DNA of 64,000 bases from Candidatus Levyibacteriota bacterium (GCA_027459745.1 DAIDHL010000003.1:129125-193124), one strand, 5' to 3'. Positions 1 through 10,960 are shown, counted from the stretch's first letter. The notes: generated from the sequence alone by a model not told the origin. Numbers and translations: made by a program.

Positions 1-910
1 GCTGTTGTTTATAATATGCTCCTAAATCAAAAGGCGCATAGCCGCTAGCTAACACTTCTGGTACATACACACTTCTCCAACCTTGTTGGTGAATTTTTAA
101 AGAAGTAATGAAATCTTCTGCTATGTTTTTCTCGTTAAATCCTCCAATGTCTTCTAAGGTGTTTTTTCTAATGACAAAATTTGTTCCACACAAGAATGAT
201 GCATTATAATGATTTTTACCCACCATAATAGGTCCAAAGAAAAAATCTTGTTGTTCCCATGCTCCCATAGTCACTTGATTGTCAGAATAATTTTCATAAT
301 ATTGTGGAGTTTGCACAAAAGCAACATTTTTATCTGCGAAATACAGCATAGTTTTTTCAAGAAAATCCTCCCTTGGTTTCATGTCAGCATCAAAAATCGC
401 TAGGTATTCTTCTTTCAATTTCGTTAATGCATGGTTGATATTTCCTGCCTTTGCACCACCTGATAACCTACGAGTAATTATTTTTATATTCAATCGCTCT
501 GCTAATATTTCATAATCCTGCCAGTTTATATTACCTGCCACATAACCATCGTTTAAGATGTAAATATTTTTGTTTTTATAGTTGACTGCTTTGGCATGTA
601 AAATAGTCTGTTCAACTACACTTACCGGCTCAGAAACAACAGGAATCAAAATTGCAACTGTGGCCTGCCCTGATGAATATGCTGATAGACTGACGGGTTT
701 ACTTCTATTTCTTTTTGGCCAAACAGTATGCCAAAAAAGAAAAGCCATCAAAATATGATAAGTCTCCCCTAAAAATAATAGAGAATATAAGAATAAATTG
801 CCGGCATTATAAAACTGGAACCACCAACTATAATAGATAATTCCCCATGCCATGGTTAATATCAATATGTTTTTCTGCAAACGTGAGTAATTAACTTTAT
901 ATTTTTCCAT
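1..910 (-). CDS. Cellulose synthase-like GT2 glycosyltransferase (3' end runs off the window)
   Basis: Not in the ORF track. Manual translation from ATG at 910 gives N-terminal TM helices, then ILIPVVSEP, LNDG, GAKAGNIN, IFDAD, GGF...AEDF and GWRSVYVPEVLA, which are BcsA/CelA-type motifs. Confidence 0.85.
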   Translation of the reverse strand, partial: MEKYKVNYSRLQKNILILTMAWGIIYYSWWFQFYNAGNLFLYSLLFLGETYHILMAFLFWHTVWPKRNRSKPVSLSAYSSGQATVAILIPVVSEPVSVVEQTILHAKAVNYKNKNIYILNDGYVAGNINWQDYEILAERLNIKIITRRLSGGAKAGNINHALTKLKEEYLAIFDADMKPREDFLEKTMLYFADKNVAFVQTPQYYENYSDNQVTMGAWEQQDFFFGPIMVGKNHYNASFLCGTNFVIRKNTLEDIGGFNEKNIAEDFITSLKIHQQGWRSVYVPEVLASGYAPFDLGAYYKQQ

Positions 911-911
911 A

Positions 912-2090
912 TTAGTAATAAGGCAAAGCTTTGTTATACATGGCTGCTCCAAACCATAACCAATTTTGCTCGTAATATCCTAAATCAGAGTTAAAACTAT
1001 TGTTGTCGTTGGAGTATAACTTGATAATCTTATTGTTATATATGTCCTGAGCCACTTGTGTATCTGCAATCATAAAATAACCAATGCTAGTTGCATACAT
1101 GTCAGGATTTTGATTATTATCCAGAGGCTTTCCATCATGAGTATACCCGGAAACTAACTGTTTATTCAGCTGATATTGCTTTAATAAGAAAATATAATCT
1201 GTCAATAAATATTGTTTAGCAGCATTGTTATTGTTCCAGAAATAATCAAGTGCTACTCGGAAAGGAACACGCATCGCATCAAATGAATAATTACTATCAG
1301 CATTAGGTATAGAAGCGACTTTAATAGTGCCATTATCTTTCTGCATCGTAAACCAGTCCGGCGGTAGACCAACACCAGAACCAGTATTAAAAGCTGCACT
1401 ACCCACGGCATCTAACATGCTATAGCCAGGCGCGATTAGAGAATTCCAATCGTCTTTAGTATCTATTTTGGCAAATATTCTATATTCATAAGGAGCAAAG
1501 TAAGAAGGGTTCATGACTACTTCATTGCCGCTGTTAGCCCAGTTACCTGCTGTTACATAGCGCTTACCATTGGCCTGAGTAGTTTCATATTTCCAAATGT
1601 CCGGAATAATCTGAGCTGCCTGATCCAGATAAATTTTATTATTCCATCGATGACCAGCTAAAATCAAAGCAAAAGCTATATCCTCATCAGCATCGGTAGC
1701 GCTATTATTACCTCCTCCTGATAGCGCACCATAACTACCATCGCTGCGTTTACCCCAACGCCATTCAAACAAATGATCACCGTTTTTATGTTGCAGATCG
1801 TTTTTTGTCCAGTTCCATACAGTTGCAAAGGTAGTACTATCGTTTGTCCAAACAGCTCTTAACAATGCATAGCTTTGTCCTTCTGAAGTCGTGATAGAAC
1901 CCTGAGAATAATCTATTACTCTACCATCTGAATTTATAAACTGCGCTTTATATTTTTGAAAAGCCGAGTCCAACAAAGTATAAGAAGAAAAAGTTCTAGT
2001 CGTTGAGCTATAAGGAGAATTAATATACCAGACTCCGACTATAATAATAATAGCGATAATAATTAAAGCAACACCTATATATTTTCTCAT
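912..2090 (-). CDS. Glycoside hydrolase family 8 (BcsZ-like endoglucanase)
   Basis: TTSEGQSY, SATDADEDIA, NPSY and DAMR GH8 motifs; N-terminal membrane anchor; adjacent to the GT2. Confidence 0.9.
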   Translation of the reverse strand: MRKYIGVALIIIAIIIIVGVWYINSPYSSTTRTFSSYTLLDSAFQKYKAQFINSDGRVIDYSQGSITTSEGQSYALLRAVWTNDSTTFATVWNWTKNDLQHKNGDHLFEWRWGKRSDGSYGALSGGGNNSATDADEDIAFALILAGHRWNNKIYLDQAAQIIPDIWKYETTQANGKRYVTAGNWANSGNEVVMNPSYFAPYEYRIFAKIDTKDDWNSLIAPGYSMLDAVGSAAFNTGSGVGLPPDWFTMQKDNGTIKVASIPNADSNYSFDAMRVPFRVALDYFWNNNNAAKQYLLTDYIFLLKQYQLNKQLVSGYTHDGKPLDNNQNPDMYATSIGYFMIADTQVAQDIYNNKIIKLYSNDNNSFNSDLGYYEQNWLWFGAAMYNKALPYY

Positions 2091-2092
2091 CT

Positions 2093-2851
2093 TTATTTAT
2101 TAAAAGGAAAAACAATTTGCTGTAAAGGATTGTTCTCCCCAAAAGAAGACATTTTCCTATGTATCCAACCTATAAACATTTCCCATTTTTCGTAATAGAA
2201 AAAATAAATTCCAGTAACTAATAATAGAATTGCTATGAATAAAATAATTTTCGTTTCCCGAGGTGTAAATCCTGTTTGCTGGTAAAAGTCAGTATTATTC
2301 CCATAATTTAGTAAATTCATAAGTTTAGGTAATGTCCTTTGTAAAATTGGTGCTGTAGTGGGGGTGGGAGTAATCTGAGGCTTAGGTGTAGGAGTTATTC
2401 TAGTAGCAGTACCTAATACAACTGGACTGGGAGTAACAGTAACTACAGATTCCGGATAAATTACTGGCGCAATAGGAGTAGGCGTATTCATTACTATAGT
2501 AGGAGTCGGAGTCGATCTGGATGGCGTTGGGCTAGCCGTGGGATGTGTAGAAGGCGTGGGTGTAGTTGAGAGAGATGAGGTTGGAGATGGTGAAACTGTA
2601 GGATTTGTACTTGGTGATGGTTGTGTTGAAGGAGAAGGAGAAATAGATGGATTACCTGAGGGTGAAGGTAAGGAGTTCGTCGGACTAGGAGAAACATCTT
2701 CTGAAGGAGACGGTGAAGAGGAAATAGTTAATGTAATAAATTTGTTACTTTGCCCTTTTCTAGATTGTGCAAGTATCGAGGAGGGAAACAATAAAATTAC
2801 GACGAGTAATGCTATGAGTGCTAGATATAATGTAGATATATTTAATTTCAC
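2093..2851 (-). CDS. Pro/Ser/Thr-rich surface protein with signal peptide and C-terminal TM helix
   Basis: SPSP/TPTP low-complexity stalk with hydrophobic ends; 2 bp from the GH8 gene. Confidence 0.7.
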   Translation of the reverse strand: MKLNISTLYLALIALLVVILLFPSSILAQSRKGQSNKFITLTISSSPSPSEDVSPSPTNSLPSPSGNPSISPSPSTQPSPSTNPTVSPSPTSSLSTTPTPSTHPTASPTPSRSTPTPTIVMNTPTPIAPVIYPESVVTVTPSPVVLGTATRITPTPKPQITPTPTTAPILQRTLPKLMNLLNYGNNTDFYQQTGFTPRETKIILFIAILLLVTGIYFFYYEKWEMFIGWIHRKMSSFGENNPLQQIVFPFNK

Positions 2852-2927
2852 GTGTGTATATTAATCTTTAGACCTTATATTGAAGTGTGGGATGTGTAAA
2901 ATATATGTAAGAAGCAGCAGGAATCTT

Positions 2928-4613
2928 CTAGATTTTAAAATATTCTAGGTCCTTATTTTTATATTTCTCAAATTCGCTTAAATCTTCATTTTTTAGTACT
3001 TTGGCCAAATGTCTACCCCCGGCCAAATGAGGTAAAACCACATAATCAGCTCCTGCCTTATATAAACGTTTAGCATCATCAATTTCATAGCACATAACCA
3101 CAATTTTGGCTCGTTTGTTTTCTTTATTTAATCTTTCAATAAGTAGCAAATTATCCTCAACATCAGGTACCGTAGAGATGACTAAACGCGCTCTATCCAA
3201 TCCTACTCTATCTTGTATTTCCGGATCGGCGATGTCTCCAAAAAAAGCTTTTATACCCTTCTGACGGAGTCTTCTTACTACATCTGGATCAAAGTCCACT
3301 ATCACCACCTCTTCATCTTTTTCTAAAGATTCTAATACACTATTTCCCATTTGATGACCTCCGATAATAACTAGATGCTTTTTTAAATTAAATAGGTCAT
3401 CTTCATTTTCTCCATCTTGTAAATGATGAATATGTGAGCTTTCTAAAAAAGTAAGTTTATCTCCCACTAATTTATAAAAGAAGTTACTATTTTGTGTGAC
3501 ATAAGATGAGACGGCAAAAGAGATTAAACCTGCTAAGACAATAGTTGTAACGACATCGGGTGTAAGTAAATTACTAACTAGAAATATGACTAGTAAGCTA
3601 AACTCAGAAATCTGTCCCAAACTGACACTTACCAAAAAGGATGTCCTTTTACGAAAACCAAATGCACTAGCGAGTAATAATAAAATGACTGGTTTCACCA
3701 ACAAAGCTATTACCGATAAGACTAATACCATCGGTAAAATAGATAGAACGTGAGCAAAACTCATTTGTAATCCCAGCATGACAAAAAATATGGTGATAAA
3801 GAAATCACGGAGTGGTTTCATTCTACCGACTATCTGGTACGTTTCGTTGGTATTCGCAAGAGCTAAACCCGCTAAAAAACCCCCAATTTCTATAGAAAAC
3901 CCTATCCATGGTGAGGATAGAATAGCAGTAAGCAAGAATACCCAGGCCAAACTAAATAAAAACAAAGATTCTGTAGAGCGAGCCACATAACGGGTAATTT
4001 TGGGGAAAATACTGTAGCTTAAGAAAGTAATGATGGCAAAGACGATAATAATTTTTATGAGTAAAGCTCCAACTTCCTCGGTAAGAGATATGGGAGAAAA
4101 AGAAATCTGATTATTGGACAGAAATACCAAGAGGATAATTGCTGCTAAATCTTGAGTTAGAGAGATACCAATAGCCAGCTTACCATGCAGGCTATTTAAA
4201 TCTTTTTTATCAGAAAAGATTTTTACTAGAATAACTGTGCTGGAGAAAGTTAAAGCAACTGCTGTAAAGAATGCAGGTGTAATAGCATAACTTAATACGC
4301 GCATAACGATAAATGAAATAGCAAAAGTAAACCACATTTGTAAAAATGCAATAACTATAGCTGTCTTCCCTATTGATGCTAATTCTTTTAGACGCAATTC
4401 CAAGCCCAACATGAATAACAACAACGTAATTCCGACGTAACCAAAAGATTGCAGATCGGTGGTGCTGGCAATATGGAAAAGCCCTAATGGTCCGAGTAGC
4501 ACTCCAGTGAGAATATATGCCAAAATAGCAGGTTGATTAAGAAGGCGAAATAATAGTGACAACCCAGCCGCTACACAAATTATAACTGTAATATCTAAAA
4601 AAATAGTCCCCAT
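2928..4613 (-). CDS. CPA2 cation:proton antiporter with TrkA-N (KTN) domain, KefC-like
   Basis: Many TM helices, LLFMLGLEL, FSST, GGFLAG, QISEFS; C-terminal IIGGHQMG, FGD and AGADYVV. Confidence 0.9.
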   Translation of the reverse strand: MGTIFLDITVIICVAAGLSLLFRLLNQPAILAYILTGVLLGPLGLFHIASTTDLQSFGYVGITLLLFMLGLELRLKELASIGKTAIVIAFLQMWFTFAISFIVMRVLSYAITPAFFTAVALTFSSTVILVKIFSDKKDLNSLHGKLAIGISLTQDLAAIILLVFLSNNQISFSPISLTEEVGALLIKIIIVFAIITFLSYSIFPKITRYVARSTESLFLFSLAWVFLLTAILSSPWIGFSIEIGGFLAGLALANTNETYQIVGRMKPLRDFFITIFFVMLGLQMSFAHVLSILPMVLVLSVIALLVKPVILLLLASAFGFRKRTSFLVSVSLGQISEFSLLVIFLVSNLLTPDVVTTIVLAGLISFAVSSYVTQNSNFFYKLVGDKLTFLESSHIHHLQDGENEDDLFNLKKHLVIIGGHQMGNSVLESLEKDEEVVIVDFDPDVVRRLRQKGIKAFFGDIADPEIQDRVGLDRARLVISTVPDVEDNLLLIERLNKENKRAKIVVMCYEIDDAKRLYKAGADYVVLPHLAGGRHLAKVLKNEDLSEFEKYKNKDLEYFKI

Positions 4614-4674
4614 ATTTTCAGTATATAGTATCTAGTATTTGGTAGCTAGTATTAGTAGTTTGTTGTTTATATAT

Positions 4675-6126
4675 TTAAGCAGCTTTATATTTATCTTGAG
4701 TATAATAAGCAGCAGCCGTGCTGTTCAAGTAATCATCAATATTAAAATCTTTAATTACCCTTTCTACAAGATCATAGTTTAAGCTTCTAACTGTAATAGA
4801 GTTGGGATCTATAATAGAAAAATCAGTGGGCATAAGATTTTCACCTTCAGCTAAAAGTGTACTCACATTATCTTTTAGGTTAGGTATAACAGCTAAAATT
4901 ACAGTTGGAATAATATTCTGCAATAACTTCCTTATTTTTTTCTCCACGGCTTCTTTTCTATAATTCTCAAACATTTCTTTGTATTCTTGATCTGTCATCA
5001 ATAAATGTTCTCCTTCTTCCGACTGGACAACTTTCCCTTCTTGTATTAATCTCTGTCTTAAAGCAATTTCACTTTGTTCATCCATTTTAGAGAAAAGTTC
5101 TACACTGGAAAAAAAACTGACTATTGTTAATAGAGTATGAGCTATATCATCTTCATATTTAGCCATCTGAACTTTATCATCCACTTCTTCATCAGCTTTT
5201 GTATAGGCAGTCTTTAGCTCAACTAAATTTAATCTTATTCCATCCTCCTCCATAGCCTTTGTTAACTCTTCAAAGAAAACACTGTATCTCATGGAGGATC
5301 CATCCTGTAGGGTAATTTCATCTTCTACAACTCTAGATAAATTCAATAAATTAAATTTCCCTCCTCGTGAATGCTCTATTTCTTTCCAAACCTCAGCCAA
5401 ATAAGCATATTGAGGTTTAAGGACTTGCAAACCGATAATATCCGGTTCTGCTGCCGGAGCAATAAGAGATTCACTTTCTGGATGATATACTAAGCCATGC
5501 AAAGATAATGCATTATCCATTTGTTCAAGATCTGCTTGTATATTTAGCATATTTTTCCCTTCCATAAAGTCGATTAATTTATTATCGTCTATTTCCCCTT
5601 CCATGCGTTTTTTGTTCGTCAGACGAAGATCATCCATCTGACCTTTAGAATAATAAAACCTCGGTTTTGACAACCAAGTTGATAATTTATTAGGGTCAAT
5701 CATTTCAGGAATATTTGCAGCAAGAAAATCTACAATTTTTAGCCAATTTTGTTCCAATTCATGATTATTTACTAGGTATTTTTTAATACCTTCTAATGAA
5801 TAGGGTTTTTTACCACCATCATCCACTCCATTTCGAGCTGTCATAGCGCTTCCAATGGTATGATGTATCAATCCTCCCAATAAAGGGAGCGCCCAGCCTT
5901 TTCCAGTCTCTTGCGTTGTTCTTTTTGTGATCTTTCTATTTGCCGGTGTTTCTCCTTCTTTTGTTACTAATCCAACAGTCTTTAACCTACTTCCTCGCCT
6001 ACGCTCATTTGCTTGTCCTTTCAGTACTCTTCGTTCAATCTTTTGCTCCTGTTGAACTTCAGAACTCTCGCTGCTATCAACAACTTCATGATCTTCTGGC
6101 ATAGATATTTCCGATTTATTATCCAT
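4675..6126 (-). CDS. Hypothetical protein, possible divergent PD-(D/E)XK nuclease
   Basis: 483-aa ORF with GGLIHH, EPDII, VELKT and QMAKY in RecB/Cas4-family order. Confidence 0.5.
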   Translation of the reverse strand: MDNKSEISMPEDHEVVDSSESSEVQQEQKIERRVLKGQANERRRGSRLKTVGLVTKEGETPANRKITKRTTQETGKGWALPLLGGLIHHTIGSAMTARNGVDDGGKKPYSLEGIKKYLVNNHELEQNWLKIVDFLAANIPEMIDPNKLSTWLSKPRFYYSKGQMDDLRLTNKKRMEGEIDDNKLIDFMEGKNMLNIQADLEQMDNALSLHGLVYHPESESLIAPAAEPDIIGLQVLKPQYAYLAEVWKEIEHSRGGKFNLLNLSRVVEDEITLQDGSSMRYSVFFEELTKAMEEDGIRLNLVELKTAYTKADEEVDDKVQMAKYEDDIAHTLLTIVSFFSSVELFSKMDEQSEIALRQRLIQEGKVVQSEEGEHLLMTDQEYKEMFENYRKEAVEKKIRKLLQNIIPTVILAVIPNLKDNVSTLLAEGENLMPTDFSIIDPNSITVRSLNYDLVERVIKDFNIDDYLNSTAAAYYTQDKYKAA

Positions 6127-6258
6127 ATTATTATTTAGTATAAATTAAATTCTAAATTTAACACAAGGGTGGGTTTCAGAATATCAAACAAGAAAAGACG
6201 ATAGCATTATACTTTCAGCTTAACGCTTTACCCTTACCCCTACAGTCTGATAGACAGA

Positions 6259-8019
6259 TTACCCAAAAGTGAAGGCGAAAACTTGTGTACCCGAGCTTTC
6301 AAATTCCAATCTCAATAAATGGTTTTCTGTACTACCATGTAAATTAACTAAATCATACAATCTATCTGTATCGACATTCACTACCCCACTCTTCACATCA
6401 TTTCCAGCCACAGTTGGATCAATAGGTTTATTATCTAAGAAAACTTTCACTGTGGCTGATTTATTTAAGTTAGGTGACATAACTAAATAGACATGCTGGG
6501 CTAAGAAGTTGTAGTTCAACTCTGTCTTACCGATTGTTTGACCAAATTGAGACTGAATATCCCAAGTCCCTCCCAGACTAAAAGCATTCATATCTGGTGT
6601 TTGCAGAGTAAAATGATTTTGGCCTCCTGGATACGAACCATTGGGAAAATAATAACTCACCCGATCTGAGCCAATATAAGTTTCTGGAGAAATCTGAGTT
6701 TGAGGTGTTTTATCTGGTAAAGATGATAAACGCACGTTCACTTTTTTACCAGCATCTTTTAACAATAACTGAATTGCCTCTTCCATCTGAGTATATTGTC
6801 CTTCACCAAAATCAGTTCGACGCACGTTCCCATTAGAATCAATCAGATATTCAGCCGGCCAATACTCATTGTTGTAATTATTCCATATGTTATAGTTATT
6901 ATCCTGAACAACTGGATAGTGAATATTAAACATCTTAATCGCATTTATCACGTTGTATGCATCATGTTCAAAGGCAAATTCAGGGGTATGTACACCAATA
7001 ACTACCAAACCATCTTTTTGATACTTATCATACCACCTCGTAACGTGGGGTAAAGTACGGATACAATTAATACAAGTATAGGTCCAAAAGTCTACTAATA
7101 CTACTTTACCTTTTAATTGTTTAATACTTAAAGGTTTACTACTAGTGCCGGTTCCTACGGGATTGTTGAGCCATTGTGTCCCACCCGATAAAGCAGGCGC
7201 TGCATAATTTGTATTAAACAGGCTAGAATTGTCTACTTGCGGATTAGCATTCTTTTGACCTGGATGTTTGAGATTATTCAACTGGTTTATAACAGCTTGA
7301 TTATTATCAATATTCTCTACCCCGTTGGTCAGACTGGGAAAAAGATTCAATAAATAATTTTCTACTACTTTATCGTAATTAGTAGCAATAGCCAGAGAAA
7401 TAAAAATTACCAAAATTCCAAAGACGCGTTGCACATTCAAAGTATATTTGGAAAATGAACGTGTCTTGGCCAGTAATATACTTCCCCCATACGCCAGAAT
7501 GAACAATGGAATACCGACTCCCAAAACATAAAACAATGTGATGAAAATCAAAGTTACAGATATATTTCCGACCGCTGCTAAAGTAGCAACAGTTGCAAAT
7601 ACCGGCCCGGCACAAGGCGTCCAGACAATACCCAGAGATAGTCCAAGCAAAAAACCTGCCCAGAATTCATTTTGATTGGAACCAGGAGCTACTGCAAACT
7701 TGCCGCTAAATCGACTGACTAATCCTTCGAGAAGACGTGAAATAGCTGGAACTACCATTGATAAACCCAGAATCAATAATATGACTACCGCTAACCAACG
7801 TAAAATATTGGGGTTCAGATGAAAAAGACTAATTAACCAAGTGATTGCCAAAGTAAAAAAGGCAAAACTGATCATCAAACCTAAAGTAACTCCTAACGGA
7901 CGCCAATGCCCTTTACTTTGTGTTGATGAAGCTAAAATAATTGGTAGTAAAGGCCAAATACAAGGAGCAAATATCGTCACCAAACCCGATATAAATGCAA
8001 AAAAGAATAGTAATACCAT
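6259..8019 (-). CDS. dipZ: DipZ (CcdA/DsbD TM domain + thioredoxin + C-terminal domain)
   Basis: APCIWPLLP, WTPCAGP, DFWTYTCINC, GVHTPEF and YWPA. Confidence 0.9.
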   Translation of the reverse strand: MVLLFFFAFISGLVTIFAPCIWPLLPIILASSTQSKGHWRPLGVTLGLMISFAFFTLAITWLISLFHLNPNILRWLAVVILLILGLSMVVPAISRLLEGLVSRFSGKFAVAPGSNQNEFWAGFLLGLSLGIVWTPCAGPVFATVATLAAVGNISVTLIFITLFYVLGVGIPLFILAYGGSILLAKTRSFSKYTLNVQRVFGILVIFISLAIATNYDKVVENYLLNLFPSLTNGVENIDNNQAVINQLNNLKHPGQKNANPQVDNSSLFNTNYAAPALSGGTQWLNNPVGTGTSSKPLSIKQLKGKVVLVDFWTYTCINCIRTLPHVTRWYDKYQKDGLVVIGVHTPEFAFEHDAYNVINAIKMFNIHYPVVQDNNYNIWNNYNNEYWPAEYLIDSNGNVRRTDFGEGQYTQMEEAIQLLLKDAGKKVNVRLSSLPDKTPQTQISPETYIGSDRVSYYFPNGSYPGGQNHFTLQTPDMNAFSLGGTWDIQSQFGQTIGKTELNYNFLAQHVYLVMSPNLNKSATVKVFLDNKPIDPTVAGNDVKSGVVNVDTDRLYDLVNLHGSTENHLLRLEFESSGTQVFAFTFG

Positions 8020-8195
8020 ATCCCAACAGCATTACATAATGCAGAGTAAAGTTCAAACTCATCTGTTGGTATCGACTCAAAGATTATATCTTATTTTCTT
8101 ACATTAAAATCATTGTTATTGGAACTCTCTTTTGTTAATATGTATCCACTTTTCTACAAGATCATAATTTTTGTTTTGAATTTTAATTTTAATCT

Positions 8196-9626
8196 ATGTT
8201 GCCTGCCAAACTTGCATTTGTAGACTTAGAAACTACCGGGACGAGATTTCCATATGATAGAGTCATCGAAATTGGAATTGTCCGTGTCGAAAACAATGAA
8301 ATAGTTGAAACCTACAATCAACTGCTTAATCCGCAGCGTTATTTGCCACCGGAAATAGAATTACTCACAGGCATAACCTCTAAGGATTTGGACAACCAAC
8401 CAACTTTTCATGATGTCAAAGATAAAGTTTACGAATTACTAAAAGACGCGGTATTTTGCGCACATAATGCCAGATTTGATTATGGATTTATTAAGCACGA
8501 ATTCAACCGCGAAGAACTACCTTTTACAGCTAAGCAATGTTGTACGGTTAAATTGTCTCGCAATTTATTTCCTGATGAACGACACCATAACCTGGATGCA
8601 GTTATGAATCGCATGCAGCTATCCTGCGATCATCGACATAGGGCTTATTCGGATGCTTTTTTAATTTATCAATTTTATCAAAAAGTACAATATCTTTTCC
8701 CTACAGAAAGATTTGTTTCGGCTTTAAAAGTAGCCATGAACAGACCATCTCTACCTTCTCAATTAAAACAAACTGATGTTGATAATCTACCGGAGTTACC
8801 GGGAGTTTACATTTTTTACGGTCAGGAAAATATTCCTTTATATGTAGGAAAAAGTAAAAATATTCACGAACGAGTTCTTTCTCATTTTAATGCTGACATT
8901 CGTTCTAGTACTGAAATGCAGATGAGTCAACAAGTAAAGAATATCGAAACAATTACAACAGCCGGTGAATTGGGTGCCTTATTTACTGAGTCAAAACTGA
9001 TAAAAAAACTTTTGCCTTTGTACAATCGTCAGCTACGAAGACAAACAGAATTAATTGGATTATATCGAGAAACAGATTCCAATGGTTATCCTATTGTTGC
9101 GTTGAAAACACTAACCAAACTTGAGCCTTCGGGATTAGAGAGATTTATAGGATTTTTCCGTTCTAGACGACAAGCTAAAAACTACTTGGCTCGCATGGTA
9201 AAAGAATACAATCTTTGTGAGAAATTGCTTGGTCTGGAAAAGACCCCTGGCAGCTGCTTTGCACATCGTTTAGGTATCTGTAAAGGAGCTTGTATGAAAA
9301 AAGAATCAGTGGTGAAATACTTACTAAGATTCACCACCGCCTTTTCTGGATTGAAAGTAAAGCCATGGCCGTTTAATGGACCTATTGCTATTGAAGAAAA
9401 GAATTTATTCACCAATAAACTTGAGTATTTTCTGGTAGATAAATGGTGCTATTTCGGTGATGTTCATGTAGATGAACACGGCAATGTGAAAGATGTTATA
9501 AAAGATGTCGAATTCGACTTAGATGTGTATAATATACTACGCAGATTTTTTAACGAAGAGAAGAATTTAAGTTCAATAAAACTTTTATCTCAGCTAGGTT
9601 TTAAGGACGTTGCAATGAATCTTTAA
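8196..9626 (+). CDS. DEDDh 3'-5' exonuclease (epsilon-like) fused to a GIY-YIG UvrC/Cho-like endonuclease
   Basis: VDLETTG, AHNARFD and HRAYSDA; PGVYIF...LYVGKS; Cys cluster. Confidence 0.9.
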   Translation: MLPAKLAFVDLETTGTRFPYDRVIEIGIVRVENNEIVETYNQLLNPQRYLPPEIELLTGITSKDLDNQPTFHDVKDKVYELLKDAVFCAHNARFDYGFIKHEFNREELPFTAKQCCTVKLSRNLFPDERHHNLDAVMNRMQLSCDHRHRAYSDAFLIYQFYQKVQYLFPTERFVSALKVAMNRPSLPSQLKQTDVDNLPELPGVYIFYGQENIPLYVGKSKNIHERVLSHFNADIRSSTEMQMSQQVKNIETITTAGELGALFTESKLIKKLLPLYNRQLRRQTELIGLYRETDSNGYPIVALKTLTKLEPSGLERFIGFFRSRRQAKNYLARMVKEYNLCEKLLGLEKTPGSCFAHRLGICKGACMKKESVVKYLLRFTTAFSGLKVKPWPFNGPIAIEEKNLFTNKLEYFLVDKWCYFGDVHVDEHGNVKDVIKDVEFDLDVYNILRRFFNEEKNLSSIKLLSQLGFKDVAMNL

Positions 9627-9885
9627 CAGGAGAGGGCATACTGCTTTCTTGATTTACCTGATAATGCATATTATTGTCAAACATTTGATTTCCGGACATA
9701 AATTGATGTCCACCAAATTGATTTACTTTCATTACACCTAATAAATATAAGCAGAGAATTATTACTACCCCACCGGCAAGAATTAATAACAAAGAATTAG
9801 TCTCGTGATAATGATGATTTGTATAAGAAGAAGTTCCTACTTTTTTTTTAACCGATTTTTTAACTACTGCTCTCTTTTTCGCCAT
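9601..9885 (-). CDS. Hypothetical single-pass membrane protein with basic N-terminus
   Basis: Lys-rich N-terminus and one TM helix; TATGAT box just upstream. Confidence 0.55.
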   Translation of the reverse strand: MAKKRAVVKKSVKKKVGTSSYTNHHYHETNSLLLILAGGVVIILCLYLLGVMKVNQFGGHQFMSGNQMFDNNMHYQVNQESSMPSPVKDSLQRP

Positions 9886-9988
9886 ATCCTATTTATCATA
9901 AAGGGTTAAAAGATATGTTGTCAAGAGATATAAATTATATCAAAGAGGAATTCTAAGCTACACCTTCCAAACTTTATACACTGTTGTG

Positions 9989-10756
9989 CTATCCCGAATA
10001 GTAGTTTACCCAAGAAGTAATATGGGCATGGGTCTGTAAATTAGTAACAAATTGTTGTTCTTTTTGTTGCAGTTCTTGTTGCTGTAACTGTTGTTTTACT
10101 TGTGCTGTTGTAGTACCGGCTGGTAGAGAACCTTTATTTTGATCCATATAATCTTTGACCTGTTGATCACTGACAGCTATATTACCGACCATTTTTTGAA
10201 TTTCCTGTTGCAAAACAATTTGGTCAGTCAATTGTTGCTTGGTCATATGCTGTTGTTGTAAAGCAGCATCTAATGTCTCTCCCTGTTTTTTCAAATTGTT
10301 TTCAATAGTTGACATTTGAGAGTTAATTTCTTGCTGAGTAACTGTTATATGTCTCTTGTTTGCTTCTTGTTTTATCAAGGCTTGTGTTACCAAAGACTGC
10401 ATTTCTTGATCTCCATATTGTTGTTCTAGTTGATTTACAACATCCCAACGATAAATTGGTTGACCATTTACTAATGCAGCGATGAACCAACTTCTAATAG
10501 AATAAACAACTACTAGCACGATAATTGCTGCTAATACAGCGATTATATATGAACGTTTAATCTGCATACCACCCAATCTAGTAGACATACTTGACTGAGA
10601 AACTGACATTACGCCAACTGGTTGTTCATTTAAAGATTCATTTTTGTGAGATGATTTTGTCGTCTTTTTTGCAGATGTCATTGTAACAGATTTAGAGGAA
10701 ATACTTTTCTTTGCTGCAGTTTTTTTATTTTTTGCTGATGAAGATTTTGTCGCCAT
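9989..10756 (-). CDS. SurA N-terminal domain/PrsA-like foldase
   Basis: TM anchor then AALVNGQPI, LIKQEA...ITVTQQEI. Start set at ATG 10756. Confidence 0.75.
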   Translation of the reverse strand: MATKSSSAKNKKTAAKKSISSKSVTMTSAKKTTKSSHKNESLNEQPVGVMSVSQSSMSTRLGGMQIKRSYIIAVLAAIIVLVVVYSIRSWFIAALVNGQPIYRWDVVNQLEQQYGDQEMQSLVTQALIKQEANKRHITVTQQEINSQMSTIENNLKKQGETLDAALQQQHMTKQQLTDQIVLQQEIQKMVGNIAVSDQQVKDYMDQNKGSLPAGTTTAQVKQQLQQQELQQKEQQFVTNLQTHAHITSWVNYYSG

Positions 10757-10960
10757 ATTTTTGAATATGGTCGTATTGTAAAACAAAGAAGAAAAATTTG
10801 CAAATAGTAATTTACTAATTAATTATAACTAATTAAAATCAAATTATTAAATCTTAAATTAAACGTAATCTTAATTTAATAATTTGTTTGTAATTTTATT
10901 TTGGACCATAAATCATACTCTTGGTTTTGTTTTCATTAGTGACAAGAGTATAATCATTCT

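Noticed and set aside
2538-2864. Gly/Glu/Val-rich + strand ORF
   Set aside because: It is the antisense shadow of the Pro/Ser/Thr-rich gene.
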